A DNA stretch of 64,000 nt from Candidatus Kapaibacterium sp. (GTDB lineage: Bacteria; Bacteroidota; Ignavibacteria; Kapaibacteriales; UBA961). Positions within the stretch are counted from its first letter, which is position 1, and each line of letters opens with the position of its first letter. The stretch lies in assembly GCA_017302855.1 (NCBI GenBank), contig JAFLBY010000001.1, positions 9,208 through 73,207 on the forward strand. The letters run 5' to 3'. The notes beneath the pieces were generated by a model, which saw only the letters and a list, made by a program, of their open reading frames with translations, did no database searches and was not told where the DNA came from. A program made the translations under genes and the position numbers. Shown here one piece after another: positions 1-10,137 of the stretch.

Positions 1-788
1 GTGTTTGTCGATCGTGTAACTTCAATTCCGTCCAAGGTAAGAGATGCATCTAAATCACTTTTATTTGCCTTTTGATATCCAGCATTTGTTGCAGATAAAA
101 CCTGCCTTGCATCTGTATTGGGATTAAGCCCAGCCACCGTGATTCCTAAATCATTGAGCACTTCGGAATCTGTAAACGTAATGTTTTCTTCTGTACCTGT
201 TGTTTTTGAAGTAAAAGACAATCTCACGGTTGAACTTGTATCTTTGACTACGGAGGCTCTGATTTTGGAAGTCGCGTCTCCATTGATGGCTGCTGCAATT
301 TTTGTAAATGCAGTTTCATTTGTATCATCAACGCCAAATTCTGCGGAGTATGTTATTCCTAATATTTCAAAATTCTGAGTAGTACCTGCCAAAGTGGATG
401 CCGCATTTTTGTTTTTTCGGCTACTTACAAGAACATCATTTGTGGCTAACCGATTGACTTTTAGTGAATATGTGCCTGCAACTGCTGTCGTATCTGTTGA
501 TGTGCTAAGTACTGAATTATCTGAACTTGTTGTTTTACTTGCGAAGAATTTCGTGTTCGCACTGACATCGTTGAAAGATGTAAACTTCGATTGTAAGTCT
601 TCTAACCTTGTTCTAAATCCATTCAAAAATGTCTGACGATTTTCTAAATCAGTTTTTCTTTTATTGAGAGCATCAATTTGTGGCTGCTTTGTTCTTCTAA
701 AAGCAGATATAAGCAAATCAGTATTTGATTCGCTGCCGCTTGACAAGCCATTGCCTACACTAAACGCTGTTCCTAAAATATCAGACAT
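1..788 (-). CDS. fliD: Flagellar filament cap protein FliD (hook-associated protein 2), N-terminal ~263 aa; the C-terminus runs off the window edge
   Basis: My own reverse-strand translation from the ATG at 788-786 is open all the way to position 1: MSDILGTAFSVGNGLSSGSESNTDLLISAFRRTKQPQIDALNKRKTDLENRQTFLNGFRTRLEDLQSKF...DASLTLDGIEVTRSTN. This matches the FliD N-terminal coiled-coil pattern. It is absent from the ORF track because there is no stop inside the window. It lies directly downstream of fliS. Confidence 0.55.
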   Translation of the reverse strand, partial: MSDILGTAFSVGNGLSSGSESNTDLLISAFRRTKQPQIDALNKRKTDLENRQTFLNGFRTRLEDLQSKFTSFNDVSANTKFFASKTTSSDNSVLSTSTDTTAVAGTYSLKVNRLATNDVLVSSRKNKNAASTLAGTTQNFEILGITYSAEFGVDDTNETAFTKIAAAINGDATSKIRASVVKDTSSTVRLSFTSKTTGTEENITFTDSEVLNDLGITVAGLNPNTDARQVLSATNAGYQKANKSDLDASLTLDGIEVTRSTN

Positions 789-806
789 AGTTACTCAATT
801 TTGTTT

Positions 807-1163
807 TTATTCAAGAGAATGTGCTTTTGCCCACGTATCTCTTAATTCTTGAATTATTTTTATCGGAACATCGTAGTTCCTTTGCACTATACAACGCTGA
901 CAGAACTCATAAAGTCTATACAGACGCGTAGCAGGTTCTTCATAGTCAAAATTTAATGACCCCATCAACTCTATAAGTACCCGATTCATCTTATTCACAT
1001 CGTTTTTCTTACCGCTCATCAAGAACAAATCATACGTTTTCAGCGTTATTTTTTCAGGTGACCACGACAAAACCTCTTGATCCATATATGAGGGAGCGTT
1101 CCCATCTCCACCATAGAGTTTTCTTGCCGCTAGTCTTTGTGTCGCTTCTGTTGTCATGATCAA
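807..1163 (-). CDS. fliS: Flagellar export chaperone FliS
   Basis: 118 aa. The C-terminal region ...LYRLYEFCQRCIVQRNYDVPIKIIQELRDTWAKA matches the FliS family. Sits between flagellin and fliD. Confidence 0.7.
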   Translation of the reverse strand: MIMTTEATQRLAARKLYGGDGNAPSYMDQEVLSWSPEKITLKTYDLFLMSGKKNDVNKMNRVLIELMGSLNFDYEEPATRLYRLYEFCQRCIVQRNYDVPIKIIQELRDTWAKAHSLE

Positions 1164-1292
1164 TCCTTTGATTTATACATATTCCATTATCAAAATTTAC
1201 ACCAAAAGTGGTCTTTCGTGTCTTCTCTGCTCAAAAAGGGAAGTGAGTTTTAATTACCCACTTCCCTTTTCTTTTATCTCTTTTTTTAACTA

Positions 1293-2231
1293 TTACCGTA
1301 ACAACTGCAAGAAGTTCTGCGGATTCTGATTCGATTGAGCCAAAGAGGTCAAAGAAGTTTGCTGTAAGAACTGTGACTTAATTAACTCAAGTTGCTCCAA
1401 TGCTACATCAGCATCTTCAATACGAGAAATTGCAGCATTATAATTTGTTATCTGCGATTTCAATGCATCGGATTGCGAAGTTAATCGAACCGAAACACCG
1501 CCTAAGTAAGACGCGACTTTGTTTACATTGTTCAATGCTTCTGATAAACTCGTCAATGTTGACGAGATACTTGAATTACTGAAAATACCCAAGCTACTAG
1601 AACTTATCGAGTCGAGAGAAGCTAAACTCAGTCCGGTAACGCCGGCAAAATTTTGTCCCGTTGTTGAAAGCAAGAAATTACCGCCAATATTGAAATTTGA
1701 AGAGCTGACAGCGGTTGTTAAATCAACACTAATTGTCAATAGCGAGTTTGTAGCATTAAAACCAATGACGAAATCACCTGAGAAACCACCATCAAGCAAT
1801 TGACGACCTCCAAACACTGTCGAGTCAACAATAGTTTGGATTTGGTTTGTCAATCGAAATGCTGCTTTTGCTAAAGCTATTTTCTCATCAGTACCTAAAG
1901 CACCTGATGCCGCAGTTGCTGCTGCATCTTTTATTTGTGTTAACAGTGCATTAATGTTATCCAAACCATCTTGAGCTATGCTCGTTACATTTGAAGCATC
2001 GCCCACTGCATTTAATGCAGATCTCAAAGCACCATTTCTTGCTGCCAATCCTCTTGATGTGATATAGCCAGCAACATCGTCTTGTGCTGAGTTAATTCTT
2101 TTCCCTGTTGATAATCGCAATTGTCGTAGTGCGATATTAGAATTTGCCGCTTGAAGCGCATTAAATGCTGATTCAGATGGCGTATTGGTGCGGATCCTTG
2201 TTCCGCCGCTTATTGCCGATGGCATAATCAA
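1293..2231 (-). CDS. Flagellin
   Basis: 312 aa. N-terminal flagellin domain (...NALQAANSNIALRQLRLSTGKRINSAQDDVAGYITSRGLAARNGALR...). C-terminal flagellin helix (...LKSQITNYNAAISRIEDADVALEQLELIKSQFLQQTSLTSLAQSNQNPQNFLQLLR). GGAGG ribosome-binding site before the ATG. Confidence 0.85.
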   Translation of the reverse strand: MIMPSAISGGTRIRTNTPSESAFNALQAANSNIALRQLRLSTGKRINSAQDDVAGYITSRGLAARNGALRSALNAVGDASNVTSIAQDGLDNINALLTQIKDAAATAASGALGTDEKIALAKAAFRLTNQIQTIVDSTVFGGRQLLDGGFSGDFVIGFNATNSLLTISVDLTTAVSSSNFNIGGNFLLSTTGQNFAGVTGLSLASLDSISSSSLGIFSNSSISSTLTSLSEALNNVNKVASYLGGVSVRLTSQSDALKSQITNYNAAISRIEDADVALEQLELIKSQFLQQTSLTSLAQSNQNPQNFLQLLR

Positions 2232-2291
2232 ACCTCCATGTAGATTGACATAGTAAGCGGCTTCCTGCCGAAAATGTTGTTCCGCAGACAG

Positions 2292-2320
2292 TTATCGGTT
2301 TTTTGCCGCCGATACTTTAG
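2292..2320 (-). promoter_or_regulatory. Putative sigma-28 (FliA) promoter upstream of flagellin
   Basis: Minus strand reads CTAAAG-N16-CCGATAA. The sigma-28 consensus is TAAA-N15-GCCGATAA, so the spacer is 1 nt longer. Positioned ~60 nt upstream of the flagellin ATG. Confidence 0.4.
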
Positions 2321-2404
2321 TTTTATTTTTTACTATTGTGCTTGTTTTCTATATATTTGATTGTCAAAATCAACATAAATCATTTTTTAACAACAACTTA
2401 AATG

Positions 2405-3703
2405 TTATTGCTTTTTTTTCCTTAACGGTACAACCGGATATGTTTTCTTATTATCTTCACGATCTTGTCTTTTTATGACAACTATTGTAGAATCGTCTTT
2501 ATACGATCCTCCAGTTGAAAATTTTACAACAGACTCCAATATTGATCCGGCTATTTCCTTCGTTGTTTTGTGACGCAAACGCAATAGATCTCTCCCTAAT
2601 CTTTCATATCCATATTGCTCACCTTTTTTATTTTGTGCCTCAATAATCCCATCTGTGAACAATATACAAATGTCATTATTATTCATAATATAGCTTTCAA
2701 CTCGAAAATGTTGTACCGGCAAAACACCTAAAATTCCGCCGGTTGGCTCCACCGTCGCTAATGTTTTTGTTTGAGAATTGTACAGTATTGGAGCACAATG
2801 TCCTGCGTTTACATAGAGTACAACACCGTTTTCCATAGCCGTTAACTCACAATAGAATAAAGATACAAAGCGCTCATAAGGAAATGTTGCACATAATAAC
2901 TCATTGAGATTAGATATTAAATTTGAGAGCTTTGAATGATATTTTGCCCCCATTCTGAGAGCACCAGATACAAAAAGCGCTTGTATTGCTGCCGACATAC
3001 CTTTACTTGCGGCATCGCTGATTACAATTCCAACTCTGTCAGGATCAGATTCCGATTTTATATAGTCGAAATAGTCGCCTCCAACTTCTAAATCCGGTAC
3101 AGATATACCGAAAATAGAATAATGATGAAATTCTAACGTATGGTCAGGTAACAAACTTTTCTGCAATTCCGATGCTTTATCTAAGTCCTGTTTGAGCTTC
3201 CAACGTTCATGAAAACTGCGGTTGTTTCTTAGTTTATTTGTTGTTGCAGAACCAAGAACAGCAAGTAAACTTCTAAAATCATCATCAAGAACATCTGCGT
3301 GAAACGCGAGCACATACTCACACAACTTCCCTGAATGTCTGTGCATTGTTTCTCCTACACCAGTTGCGGAATACATTAATATACCGCGCGACACAAACTC
3401 TTTATCCATCTCTTTCTTTACAAGTGATTTTTTTTCTGCCACCATCAGAAAAACCGGCTGATGCTCTACCGTCACTTCATATTCTTCGGGCAACATTTCC
3501 ACATCTGATTCGGTTTGGAACACCAATTTATACGCATCATCATTTTCATTCAGTTTCCAGATTCTCCCGCCTTTTATATGCAATGTATCATAATCAACAA
3601 CAGTTCTTACAACGGCTTTTAGTAAAGACAAATCATTTTCTGACTCATTCTGAATGACACTTTGCACTAACTTATAGATGCCTCTTTGCCCAATTCTCAT
3701 CAC
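2405..3703 (-). CDS. PP2C-type serine phosphatase (SpoIIE/RsbU family) with an N-terminal sensory/regulatory region
   Basis: 432 aa. C-terminal half carries PP2C/SpoIIE motifs (GGDYFDY...VGIVISDAASKGMSAA...ILFTDGIIEA). Confidence 0.65.
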   Translation of the reverse strand: MMRIGQRGIYKLVQSVIQNESENDLSLLKAVVRTVVDYDTLHIKGGRIWKLNENDDAYKLVFQTESDVEMLPEEYEVTVEHQPVFLMVAEKKSLVKKEMDKEFVSRGILMYSATGVGETMHRHSGKLCEYVLAFHADVLDDDFRSLLAVLGSATTNKLRNNRSFHERWKLKQDLDKASELQKSLLPDHTLEFHHYSIFGISVPDLEVGGDYFDYIKSESDPDRVGIVISDAASKGMSAAIQALFVSGALRMGAKYHSKLSNLISNLNELLCATFPYERFVSLFYCELTAMENGVVLYVNAGHCAPILYNSQTKTLATVEPTGGILGVLPVQHFRVESYIMNNNDICILFTDGIIEAQNKKGEQYGYERLGRDLLRLRHKTTKEIAGSILESVVKFSTGGSYKDDSTIVVIKRQDREDNKKTYPVVPLRKKKQ

Positions 3704-3869
3704 ATTTCTTTCAATTTTGTTGTTTCATTTTTCAAATTTATGTATAATACTACAACCATTAGTATTTTTGCAAAAAACAATATTTGCCATTAGCCGTCAA
3801 GCGGTTTTTTTTAGACAATTTAGACTGATTTATACTCAGAATTTATATCATTATATAATTGAGGACACT

Positions 3870-4109
3870 ATGTTTTGGACACCGGAATTAGCTTCATATC
3901 TTGAAGACGCACCATGGCCCGCAACCAAAGAAGAACTGATTGATTATTGTAGCCGCACTTGTGCAGCACAACAGGTCATTGACAACTTACTCGAACTTGA
4001 GGACAATGACGAACTCTATGAGGGCATGGAAGACCTTTGGCCCGAATACGAAAGTGCTGTTGATGACCTCTATTTCAACGAAGACGAGGAAAACGACGAT
4101 TATTATTAA
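3870..4109 (+). CDS. Small acidic DUF2795-like protein
   Basis: MFWTPELASYLEDAPWPATKEELIDYCSRTCAAQQVIDNLLELED... resembles the DUF2795 YPAxKxELIxYA motif. The ORF track starts further upstream, but the internal Met at 3870 is the more plausible start. Confidence 0.4.
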   Translation: MFWTPELASYLEDAPWPATKEELIDYCSRTCAAQQVIDNLLELEDNDELYEGMEDLWPEYESAVDDLYFNEDEENDDYY

Positions 4110-4132
4110 CACAAAACTCACTATCATTTGTG

Positions 4133-4170
4133 CCCCATTTTCAATAGAATTTGGGGTTTTTTATTTTCTT
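4133..4170 (+). terminator. Rho-independent terminator after the DUF2795 gene
   Basis: CCCCA-loop-TGGGG hairpin followed by TTTTTTATTTT. Confidence 0.4.
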
Positions 4171-4182
4171 TCTCTTAAAAAC

Positions 4183-4196
4183 GTTTCACGTGAAAC
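4183..4196. promoter_or_regulatory. Perfect 14-bp palindrome GTTTCACGTGAAAC immediately upstream of the mnmG start; a second copy lies downstream of mnmG
   Basis: Seen directly at 4183-4196 and 6065-6078, with a CACGTG core. Flanks extend to AAAAACG on the left copy and CGTTTTT on the right copy. Confidence 0.3.
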
Positions 4197-4205
4197 ACTT
4201 TGTTT

Positions 4206-6062
4206 ATGAATTTTAACATTATTGTCATAGGCGGCGGACATGCCGGCATAGAAGCAAGCAGAATAGCAGCAAAACTAGATTGCAAAGTTGCGCTGATATC
4301 CATGGATTCACGAACCATCGGAAGACTATCATGTAATCCCTCTGTTGGCGGGACAGCAAAAGGTCATTTAGTTAAAGAAATAGACGCATTAGGGGGAATT
4401 ATGCCCACTATAGCCGACCACACCGGTTTACAATTCAAAATGCTCAATAAAAGCAAAGGTCCTGCCGTTTGGTCACCACGAGCGCAAAACGACAATGTGC
4501 TCTACCCTGTTTCTGCTCAAAAACAACTTCTTTCCAATCAGAATATTACCATTATTCCTGCAAACATTACCGAGATAATTATAGAACGACAACATGTTAA
4601 AGGCGTTCGTACCGACGAAGGAACTACAATTACAGCACCTATAGTAATACTATGCTCAGGCACATTTCTCAAAGGTCAAATGTTCACAGGGATGCACGCT
4701 ACACCCGGTGGCAGAGTCGGAGAAAAGCAAGCATACTCCATTTCCGACAAATTATCCGAACTTGGACTCGAACGCGGTCGCTTGAAGACAGGCACACCAC
4801 CTCGAATTGATATTAACTCTATAAACTTCAAAAAAACAAAGATTTCCACTGGTGACATCACACCAACTCCATTCTCTTTTAGAACAAAAAAAGTCAAAAA
4901 CAAACTTGTTTGTCATGAAACATCTACGAACTCAAAAACTCATGACATTTTACGTACAGGTTTTGAACAATCCCCCATGTTCACAGGCTTGATACATGGC
5001 TCGGGACCTCGTTATTGCCCATCTGTAGAAGATAAAATCTCTCGTTTTTCGGATAGAGACTCTCATCTTATTGTACTTGAAAGAGAAAGTTTGTTCACAA
5101 ATTCGGTCTATGTAAACGGTTTTTCAACGAGTTTACCGGCAGAAGTTCAACAAAACGCACTTTTTACCATACCCGGATTAGAACAGGCAAGGATTTTGCG
5201 GTACGGTTATGCGGTCGAATATGATTTCTTTTATCCGTATCAGTTGAAATATACTTTAGAAACAAAAAGTATAGACGGTCTGTTTTTAGCCGGGCAAATT
5301 AACGGTACATCAGGATATGAAGAGGCTGCTGCACAAGGATTGATAGCCGGAATAAACGCTGCACGGAAAGCAAAAAACATGAACGAATTTATTCTCAATC
5401 GTTCAGAAGCTTATATCGGCGTTATGATTGATGATTTGGTGAATAAAAACACCGAAGAACCTTACAGGATATTTACATCTTTAGCAGAATACAGACTTCT
5501 TCTTCGCCAAGACAATGTGTACGAACGACTATCTGATAAAGCATATTCAATGAATTTGTTTTCGTCGGAAGAGTTTGCACTGCTTGATTCTTGGCTATCC
5601 GACAAAAAAGAGTTTTTGAAGTATGCAGAAAACACAAAACTGAAACCTGATATGATTAACCCATATTTAAGCAGATGGAGTGAATCAATGGTTAATGAAA
5701 GTATTTCTGTTAAAGCTCTTTTGAAGCGTCCAACACTTTCATTAGATGTGCTTCAGTCTATATTGTTTCAAGATTCTTCCCTCAGTTTAGTTCAGCAGTA
5801 TAAAATGGATGCAGCTCAACTCGGTGAGATAGAAATCAAGTACGAAGGCTATATATCAGCACAACACAGAGAAGTAGAAAGATTCAAACACAATGAAAAA
5901 ATCACAATTTCTCCTGATTTTGATTTTCTACGTATCAATTCTTTGTCAAAAGAAGGTAGAGAGAAATTAACAAAAATTCGACCAATTACATTAGGGCAAG
6001 CATCCAGAATACCCGGAGTTTCTGCTTCTGATATTTCTATTCTGGCTGTCTATCTTCGATAA
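4206..6062 (+). CDS. mnmG: tRNA uridine 5-carboxymethylaminomethyl modification enzyme MnmG (GidA)
   Basis: [24 protein letters not shown]-binding start. ~620 aa with full-length MnmG architecture. The ORF-track start at 4200 is a TTG; the ATG at 4206 is more likely. Confidence 0.9.
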   Translation: MNFNIIVIGGGHAGIEASRIAAKLDCKVALISMDSRTIGRLSCNPSVGGTAKGHLVKEIDALGGIMPTIADHTGLQFKMLNKSKGPAVWSPRAQNDNVLYPVSAQKQLLSNQNITIIPANITEIIIERQHVKGVRTDEGTTITAPIVILCSGTFLKGQMFTGMHATPGGRVGEKQAYSISDKLSELGLERGRLKTGTPPRIDINSINFKKTKISTGDITPTPFSFRTKKVKNKLVCHETSTNSKTHDILRTGFEQSPMFTGLIHGSGPRYCPSVEDKISRFSDRDSHLIVLERESLFTNSVYVNGFSTSLPAEVQQNALFTIPGLEQARILRYGYAVEYDFFYPYQLKYTLETKSIDGLFLAGQINGTSGYEEAAAQGLIAGINAARKAKNMNEFILNRSEAYIGVMIDDLVNKNTEEPYRIFTSLAEYRLLLRQDNVYERLSDKAYSMNLFSSEEFALLDSWLSDKKEFLKYAENTKLKPDMINPYLSRWSESMVNESISVKALLKRPTLSLDVLQSILFQDSSLSLVQQYKMDAAQLGEIEIKYEGYISAQHREVERFKHNEKITISPDFDFLRINSLSKEGREKLTKIRPITLGQASRIPGVSASDISILAVYLR

Positions 6063-6064
6063 TT

Positions 6065-6078
6065 GTTTCACGTGAAAC
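6065..6078. promoter_or_regulatory. Second copy of the GTTTCACGTGAAAC palindrome (mnmG 3' end / 7 nt before the next start codon)
   Basis: Identical 14-mer followed by GTTTTTAT. Could equally be a weak terminator hairpin. Confidence 0.3.
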
Positions 6079-6084
6079 GTTTTT

Positions 6085-7026
6085 ATGGAACATATAAATT
6101 TAATTGGAATTGATGGCGGTGGTTCGAAGACTCGGGGAGTCTTAAAATCAGGCAACACTATTATAGCTCAAGCCCAAATGGGTACTACTCGCGTAGGTTC
6201 AATTGGTACGGGCGAATCTTGCGAAAGAGTATTGAACCTTATCAAAGATCTATGCAAAACAGCTAACATGGAATTGAATGAGGTAGAAGGAATCGTTGTA
6301 GGTTTAGCAGGAATTTGGTTAGAAGAAGAGAGAAAAAGATATGCAAACTTATTGAGAACTTTGGCAAGAAACGAAAAAACGCCCATAAACGAAGTACTAC
6401 TTACAAGTGATGCTGAAATTGCACTCGTAGGAGCTTTAGGCGGAAAACCCGGTATTATTCAAATTGCTGGAACAGGAACAATAACATTGGCAAAAAACAG
6501 TGCCGGTGAGATGTTCAGATGCAGTGGTTGGGGTATAGAGATTGACGATGAAGGAAGTGGTGCTTGGATTGGTCGTGAATGCTTGACTGCAATAGTAAGG
6601 GCTTTAGACGGAAGGGATAAAACAACTGAAATGACTGATAAAGTCGCAGAACGTTATTCCACATTCAATAAAAATAATCCACGAACTTTGGTGGCGGCAC
6701 TCAATGAAAAAAAATTCGAGTATCATGATTTCACAAAAATGGCAATGGAGTCAGCAGAAAACGGTGATGAAGTGGCTTACTCTATTCTTGAAAGAGCTTC
6801 TCAACACTTGACTGAAAGCATCAAAACGCTCCATAAAAAATTGGGAACAAAGACTTCTGATGTTTGCTTAATGGGCGGTATGCTCGAAAATGAAACAATT
6901 CTTTTGAGACTACTCAAAAAAAATCTGGATAGTAAAAGTGGTATAAAAATAAAGAAACCAATCGGCAACGCTTTGGATGGTGCTTTGTTATTAGCAGCAG
7001 ATATGGTTGAAATAAAGGAAATATAA
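6085..7026 (+). CDS. BadF/BadG/BcrA/BcrD-type ATPase (N-acetylglucosamine kinase-like)
   Basis: MEHINLIGIDGGGSKTRGVL N-terminal phosphate-1 motif of the ASKHA/BadF family; 313 aa. Confidence 0.55.
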   Translation: MEHINLIGIDGGGSKTRGVLKSGNTIIAQAQMGTTRVGSIGTGESCERVLNLIKDLCKTANMELNEVEGIVVGLAGIWLEEERKRYANLLRTLARNEKTPINEVLLTSDAEIALVGALGGKPGIIQIAGTGTITLAKNSAGEMFRCSGWGIEIDDEGSGAWIGRECLTAIVRALDGRDKTTEMTDKVAERYSTFNKNNPRTLVAALNEKKFEYHDFTKMAMESAENGDEVAYSILERASQHLTESIKTLHKKLGTKTSDVCLMGGMLENETILLRLLKKNLDSKSGIKIKKPIGNALDGALLLAADMVEIKEI

Positions 7027-8309
7027 TGAATAGTGTTACAAAACTTCTTTTCGCTCTGTGTTTCTTCGTCGCATATTCTGCATTAGCGCAAGATCCAACA
7101 CCAAAATATAATCCAACCACAGTTTCTATTGCCAGATCCTTATCAAGAGATTTGCTTGGTAACAATAGTACAGGATTTCTCACCCCTCTCGTAACAACAA
7201 GTAATGCAACTTCCAATTCTCGATTTTTTAGATCGGCTCATGTTCCGAAAAAAGTTGATAAACCATATTTTCGATTTGGTATCCACGCAATGACCGGTGC
7301 AGTTCGTGATGATCAAAAATCATTTAAACCCATAAGCCCTGTTGGTAATTCTAGTGATGAGTTAAATAAAACATTTAGTTCATTAATTGAACTTCCAGTA
7401 ACTAGAGATACATCAAAACTTATTTACGGAATAATACGATATATTTTTGCCAAGGGTTTAGAAGACCCTACAAGCGGAATAACATTTCCATCTTCATCAC
7501 CAACAATATTTGGTAAAGGTGAAGGCAATCTAACACTAGACAAAAACTACTTTAGAAAAGAGCTAGACGGATTACTAAGAATAATTCCAAACGCACAACT
7601 TTCAGAGGAACAAAGAATAAGTTTAAATAATGCGATCAATGGACTTCCCCCCGCTTTTCCCCTACCAACAGGTGGTGACATTTCTCAAGTGTTTGCGGGA
7701 GTTCCTCAATTTGAAATTGGCTCATTCTATGGAACAGAGTTACTTTTACGCTTTATTCCACCCGTGAAATTTGATAAAAACATAGGCGATTTCTCTTTTT
7801 ATGGCATTGGGCTTAAACACTCTCTTTCACAGTATTTCGATGAAGCACCATTAGATGTCGCCGTACAAGTAGTATATCAACAAACAAGCTTAGCGCAAAT
7901 AGTAGGTTTCACAAAAGCAGAGTTGAAAGCAGATGCCAATATCTATGATGCTAATCTTCAATTCAGTAAAAAATTTAAAGATATTACTCCTTGGTTTGGC
8001 GATCTTGAATTCTTTGGCGGCTATTCTTTTGAACAATTTAATATTGTCTCAACCTATACTTACACCCTACCCGTAACCTTACAAAAGGATTTGGGTCTCA
8101 GGGTTGAGAAAAATGGTGAAATAGTTGCAGACCCTGAAAATGGTTATCCGGGCGATACCGAACCCCAAGTAGCAAAAGGAACAATCGAAGATACTAACCA
8201 TAAACTGATTCTCGGTGTTGCAAAACCAATAGGTCCAGTGACAATTGCCTTCGACTACAGTATTAGTAGATTCAATTTGTTCTCTCTCGGTCTGGACTTT
8301 ACTTTCTAA
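7026..8309 (+). CDS. Secreted hypothetical protein, probable outer-membrane beta-barrel
   Basis: Signal peptide MNSVTKLLFALCFFVAYSALAQD. C-terminal ...LGLDFTF with a terminal aromatic residue. Confidence 0.35.
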   Translation: MNSVTKLLFALCFFVAYSALAQDPTPKYNPTTVSIARSLSRDLLGNNSTGFLTPLVTTSNATSNSRFFRSAHVPKKVDKPYFRFGIHAMTGAVRDDQKSFKPISPVGNSSDELNKTFSSLIELPVTRDTSKLIYGIIRYIFAKGLEDPTSGITFPSSSPTIFGKGEGNLTLDKNYFRKELDGLLRIIPNAQLSEEQRISLNNAINGLPPAFPLPTGGDISQVFAGVPQFEIGSFYGTELLLRFIPPVKFDKNIGDFSFYGIGLKHSLSQYFDEAPLDVAVQVVYQQTSLAQIVGFTKAELKADANIYDANLQFSKKFKDITPWFGDLEFFGGYSFEQFNIVSTYTYTLPVTLQKDLGLRVEKNGEIVADPENGYPGDTEPQVAKGTIEDTNHKLILGVAKPIGPVTIAFDYSISRFNLFSLGLDFTF

Positions 8310-8704
8310 TGCTTTTGTGTTTGTTTTTTATGGAGATACACAGGATAAGTAACAACAGAATCTTCGGCATTGGTATAAATGTAATAATCAACTCGCATAA
8401 CACTATCTGTTAATCGTGATACATCTATATTCAAATAAATGTAACCCAACGATGTTGGATGTATTACAGCACGACCAACACCGGCGGTTGCGCAACCACA
8501 AGAACTTTTTACCTCTTTGATAGTCATTGGTGAACCACCAGTGTTTATAACTTTGATGCTTTCACGTACAAACCTAACAGAATCAGGATAATAAACCACT
8601 GATTTTTTTGGCTTTAAATGCAATTGTGGTTTGGATTGCTCTTGCGCAATCACTAAAACTGCACCAACCAACAAAAACACACAAACAGACAGGGACTTAA
8701 ACAC
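8306..8704 (-). CDS. DUF1573-like secreted protein
   Basis: Signal peptide plus a CGC-containing beta-sandwich motif (SSCGCATAGVG); 132 aa. Confidence 0.35.
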   Translation of the reverse strand: MFKSLSVCVFLLVGAVLVIAQEQSKPQLHLKPKKSVVYYPDSVRFVRESIKVINTGGSPMTIKEVKSSCGCATAGVGRAVIHPTSLGYIYLNIDVSRLTDSVMRVDYYIYTNAEDSVVTYPVYLHKKQTQKH

Positions 8705-9443
8705 GAATCACCTCTTCAAAAACATCACTAAACTCATAAAGACCTTGTTTGCCAACGATCCATCGTGCTGCCATTAGTGCGCCTCTTGCAAAACCATCTC
8801 TGTTTTTTGCAGAATGTGACAGAGTTATTGTGTCGCAATCACTGTCAAATGATAATGTGTGCTCACCAATCACAGAACCCATTCTCTGAGACGATACATG
8901 AAGTTCATGAGGGAGAATATGGCGACCATTTACGGACTCAGTACATAGAACCGTTTTTGATTTAAATTCATCTAACACTATATTTGACAAAGATATAGCT
9001 GTTCCTGAAGGACTATCTAATTTGTGACGATGATGGGATTCATGTAAAGAGACATCATATATTTGGCTTTGATAAGCAAGCCGGCTTAACAAACTCGTCA
9101 TCGTGAAAAGGATATTCATACCTATTGAGAAGTTTGAACCATAGATAACACTTCCTTTTCCTTTTGCAACGATATCTTGTACTACCGATAGAGAATCATA
9201 CCATCCGGTCACCCCTAAAACTAATGGTGTATTGTGAGCAACAGCATATTCAATATGAGATAAAGCAGCAGAAGGAGCAGAAAAGTCAATCAGAACATCA
9301 ATATTTGACAAATCTTTATTTTTCAACAAGTTATAAATATCAAATTTTTCTACGATTGAAAGCGAAAAAGAATCTGAAAGTCGCTCCAATTCTTTCCCCA
9401 TTTTCCCATAACCAATCAAACCGACCCGTGTTGGATGTTCCAT
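8697..9443 (-). CDS. dapB: 4-hydroxy-tetrahydrodipicolinate reductase DapB
   Basis: N-terminal RVGLIGYGKMGKEL Rossmann fold. Diagnostic ESHHRHKLDSPSGTA motif. Confidence 0.8.
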   Translation of the reverse strand: MEHPTRVGLIGYGKMGKELERLSDSFSLSIVEKFDIYNLLKNKDLSNIDVLIDFSAPSAALSHIEYAVAHNTPLVLGVTGWYDSLSVVQDIVAKGKGSVIYGSNFSIGMNILFTMTSLLSRLAYQSQIYDVSLHESHHRHKLDSPSGTAISLSNIVLDEFKSKTVLCTESVNGRHILPHELHVSSQRMGSVIGEHTLSFDSDCDTITLSHSAKNRDGFARGALMAARWIVGKQGLYEFSDVFEEVIRV

Positions 9444-9445
9444 AC

Positions 9446-10126
9446 TTACTCCTCATTTTTCTTAGAATGTTGCACCTTAACTACATTACCATCAACAAGT
9501 TCAAAAAGTGCGTCAGTGTGTTTAACAAATGTGTTTCTATTGAAGGTAAACACCATAACCCCTTTTTTTTCAGGCATATACTTACTAACTATATCAAAGA
9601 AAACATCAGAAGATTTTGAGTCTAAGCCTATAGTAGGTTCATCAGCAAGAAGAAAATCAGGCTCAAAAATCGTTGCTTGGATAAGAGATAAAAGTTTCAA
9701 CTCACCAAAAGACACTTCATAAGGAAACTTTGAGCGCAAATGACTTAGCTCATACTCGGAGAGAATATCCATAGTCCTCTTTCTCGACTCATTTTCCTTC
9801 ATTCCGCAGACAAAAAGTGGTATCATGATATTTTCTTCAATAGTATAATGATGAGAGAATGCATTAGATTGACGAACAATACCTAATTTGCGTCGAAGTT
9901 CGCGTCTTTGCGACAGTTTCATAACTTTGGTACTTTGACCGTTAATATATGCTGTTCCTTGAGATGGTAATTTATCGCCTAGCAATAACTCAAACAACGT
10001 TGATTTACCGGCTCCCATGGCACCCTCGACAACAGTAAAACCATGTTCAGGAAACACCATTGAAAGCGAATCAATGACCGGTAGAACATCAAACATATAC
10101 GACACGGAACGGAATTCAAACTTCAT
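9446..10126 (-). CDS. FtsE-like ABC ATPase
   Basis: Degenerate Walker A (GAMGAGKST), ABC signature region, Walker B (LLADEPTIGLD); 226 aa. No adjacent permease gene. Confidence 0.5.
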   Translation of the reverse strand: MKFEFRSVSYMFDVLPVIDSLSMVFPEHGFTVVEGAMGAGKSTLFELLLGDKLPSQGTAYINGQSTKVMKLSQRRELRRKLGIVRQSNAFSHHYTIEENIMIPLFVCGMKENESRKRTMDILSEYELSHLRSKFPYEVSFGELKLLSLIQATIFEPDFLLADEPTIGLDSKSSDVFFDIVSKYMPEKKGVMVFTFNRNTFVKHTDALFELVDGNVVKVQHSKKNEE

Positions 10127-10137
10127 AATATAATGAC

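Noticed and set aside
118-852. Three plus-strand ORFs (86, 80, 62 aa) at the window start
   Set aside because: They lie antisense to a continuous minus-strand frame that translates as FliD from 788 to the window edge. Their sequences are low-complexity with no motif.
3346-3657. 103-aa plus-strand ORF overlapping the PP2C phosphatase gene
   Set aside because: Antisense to a well-supported gene; histidine and leucine-rich noise.
4676-4903. 75-aa minus-strand ORF inside mnmG, and similar short antisense ORFs inside dapB, anmK, rpiB, pepF, gatB and others
   Set aside because: They lie fully within well-supported genes on the opposite strand and carry no motifs.
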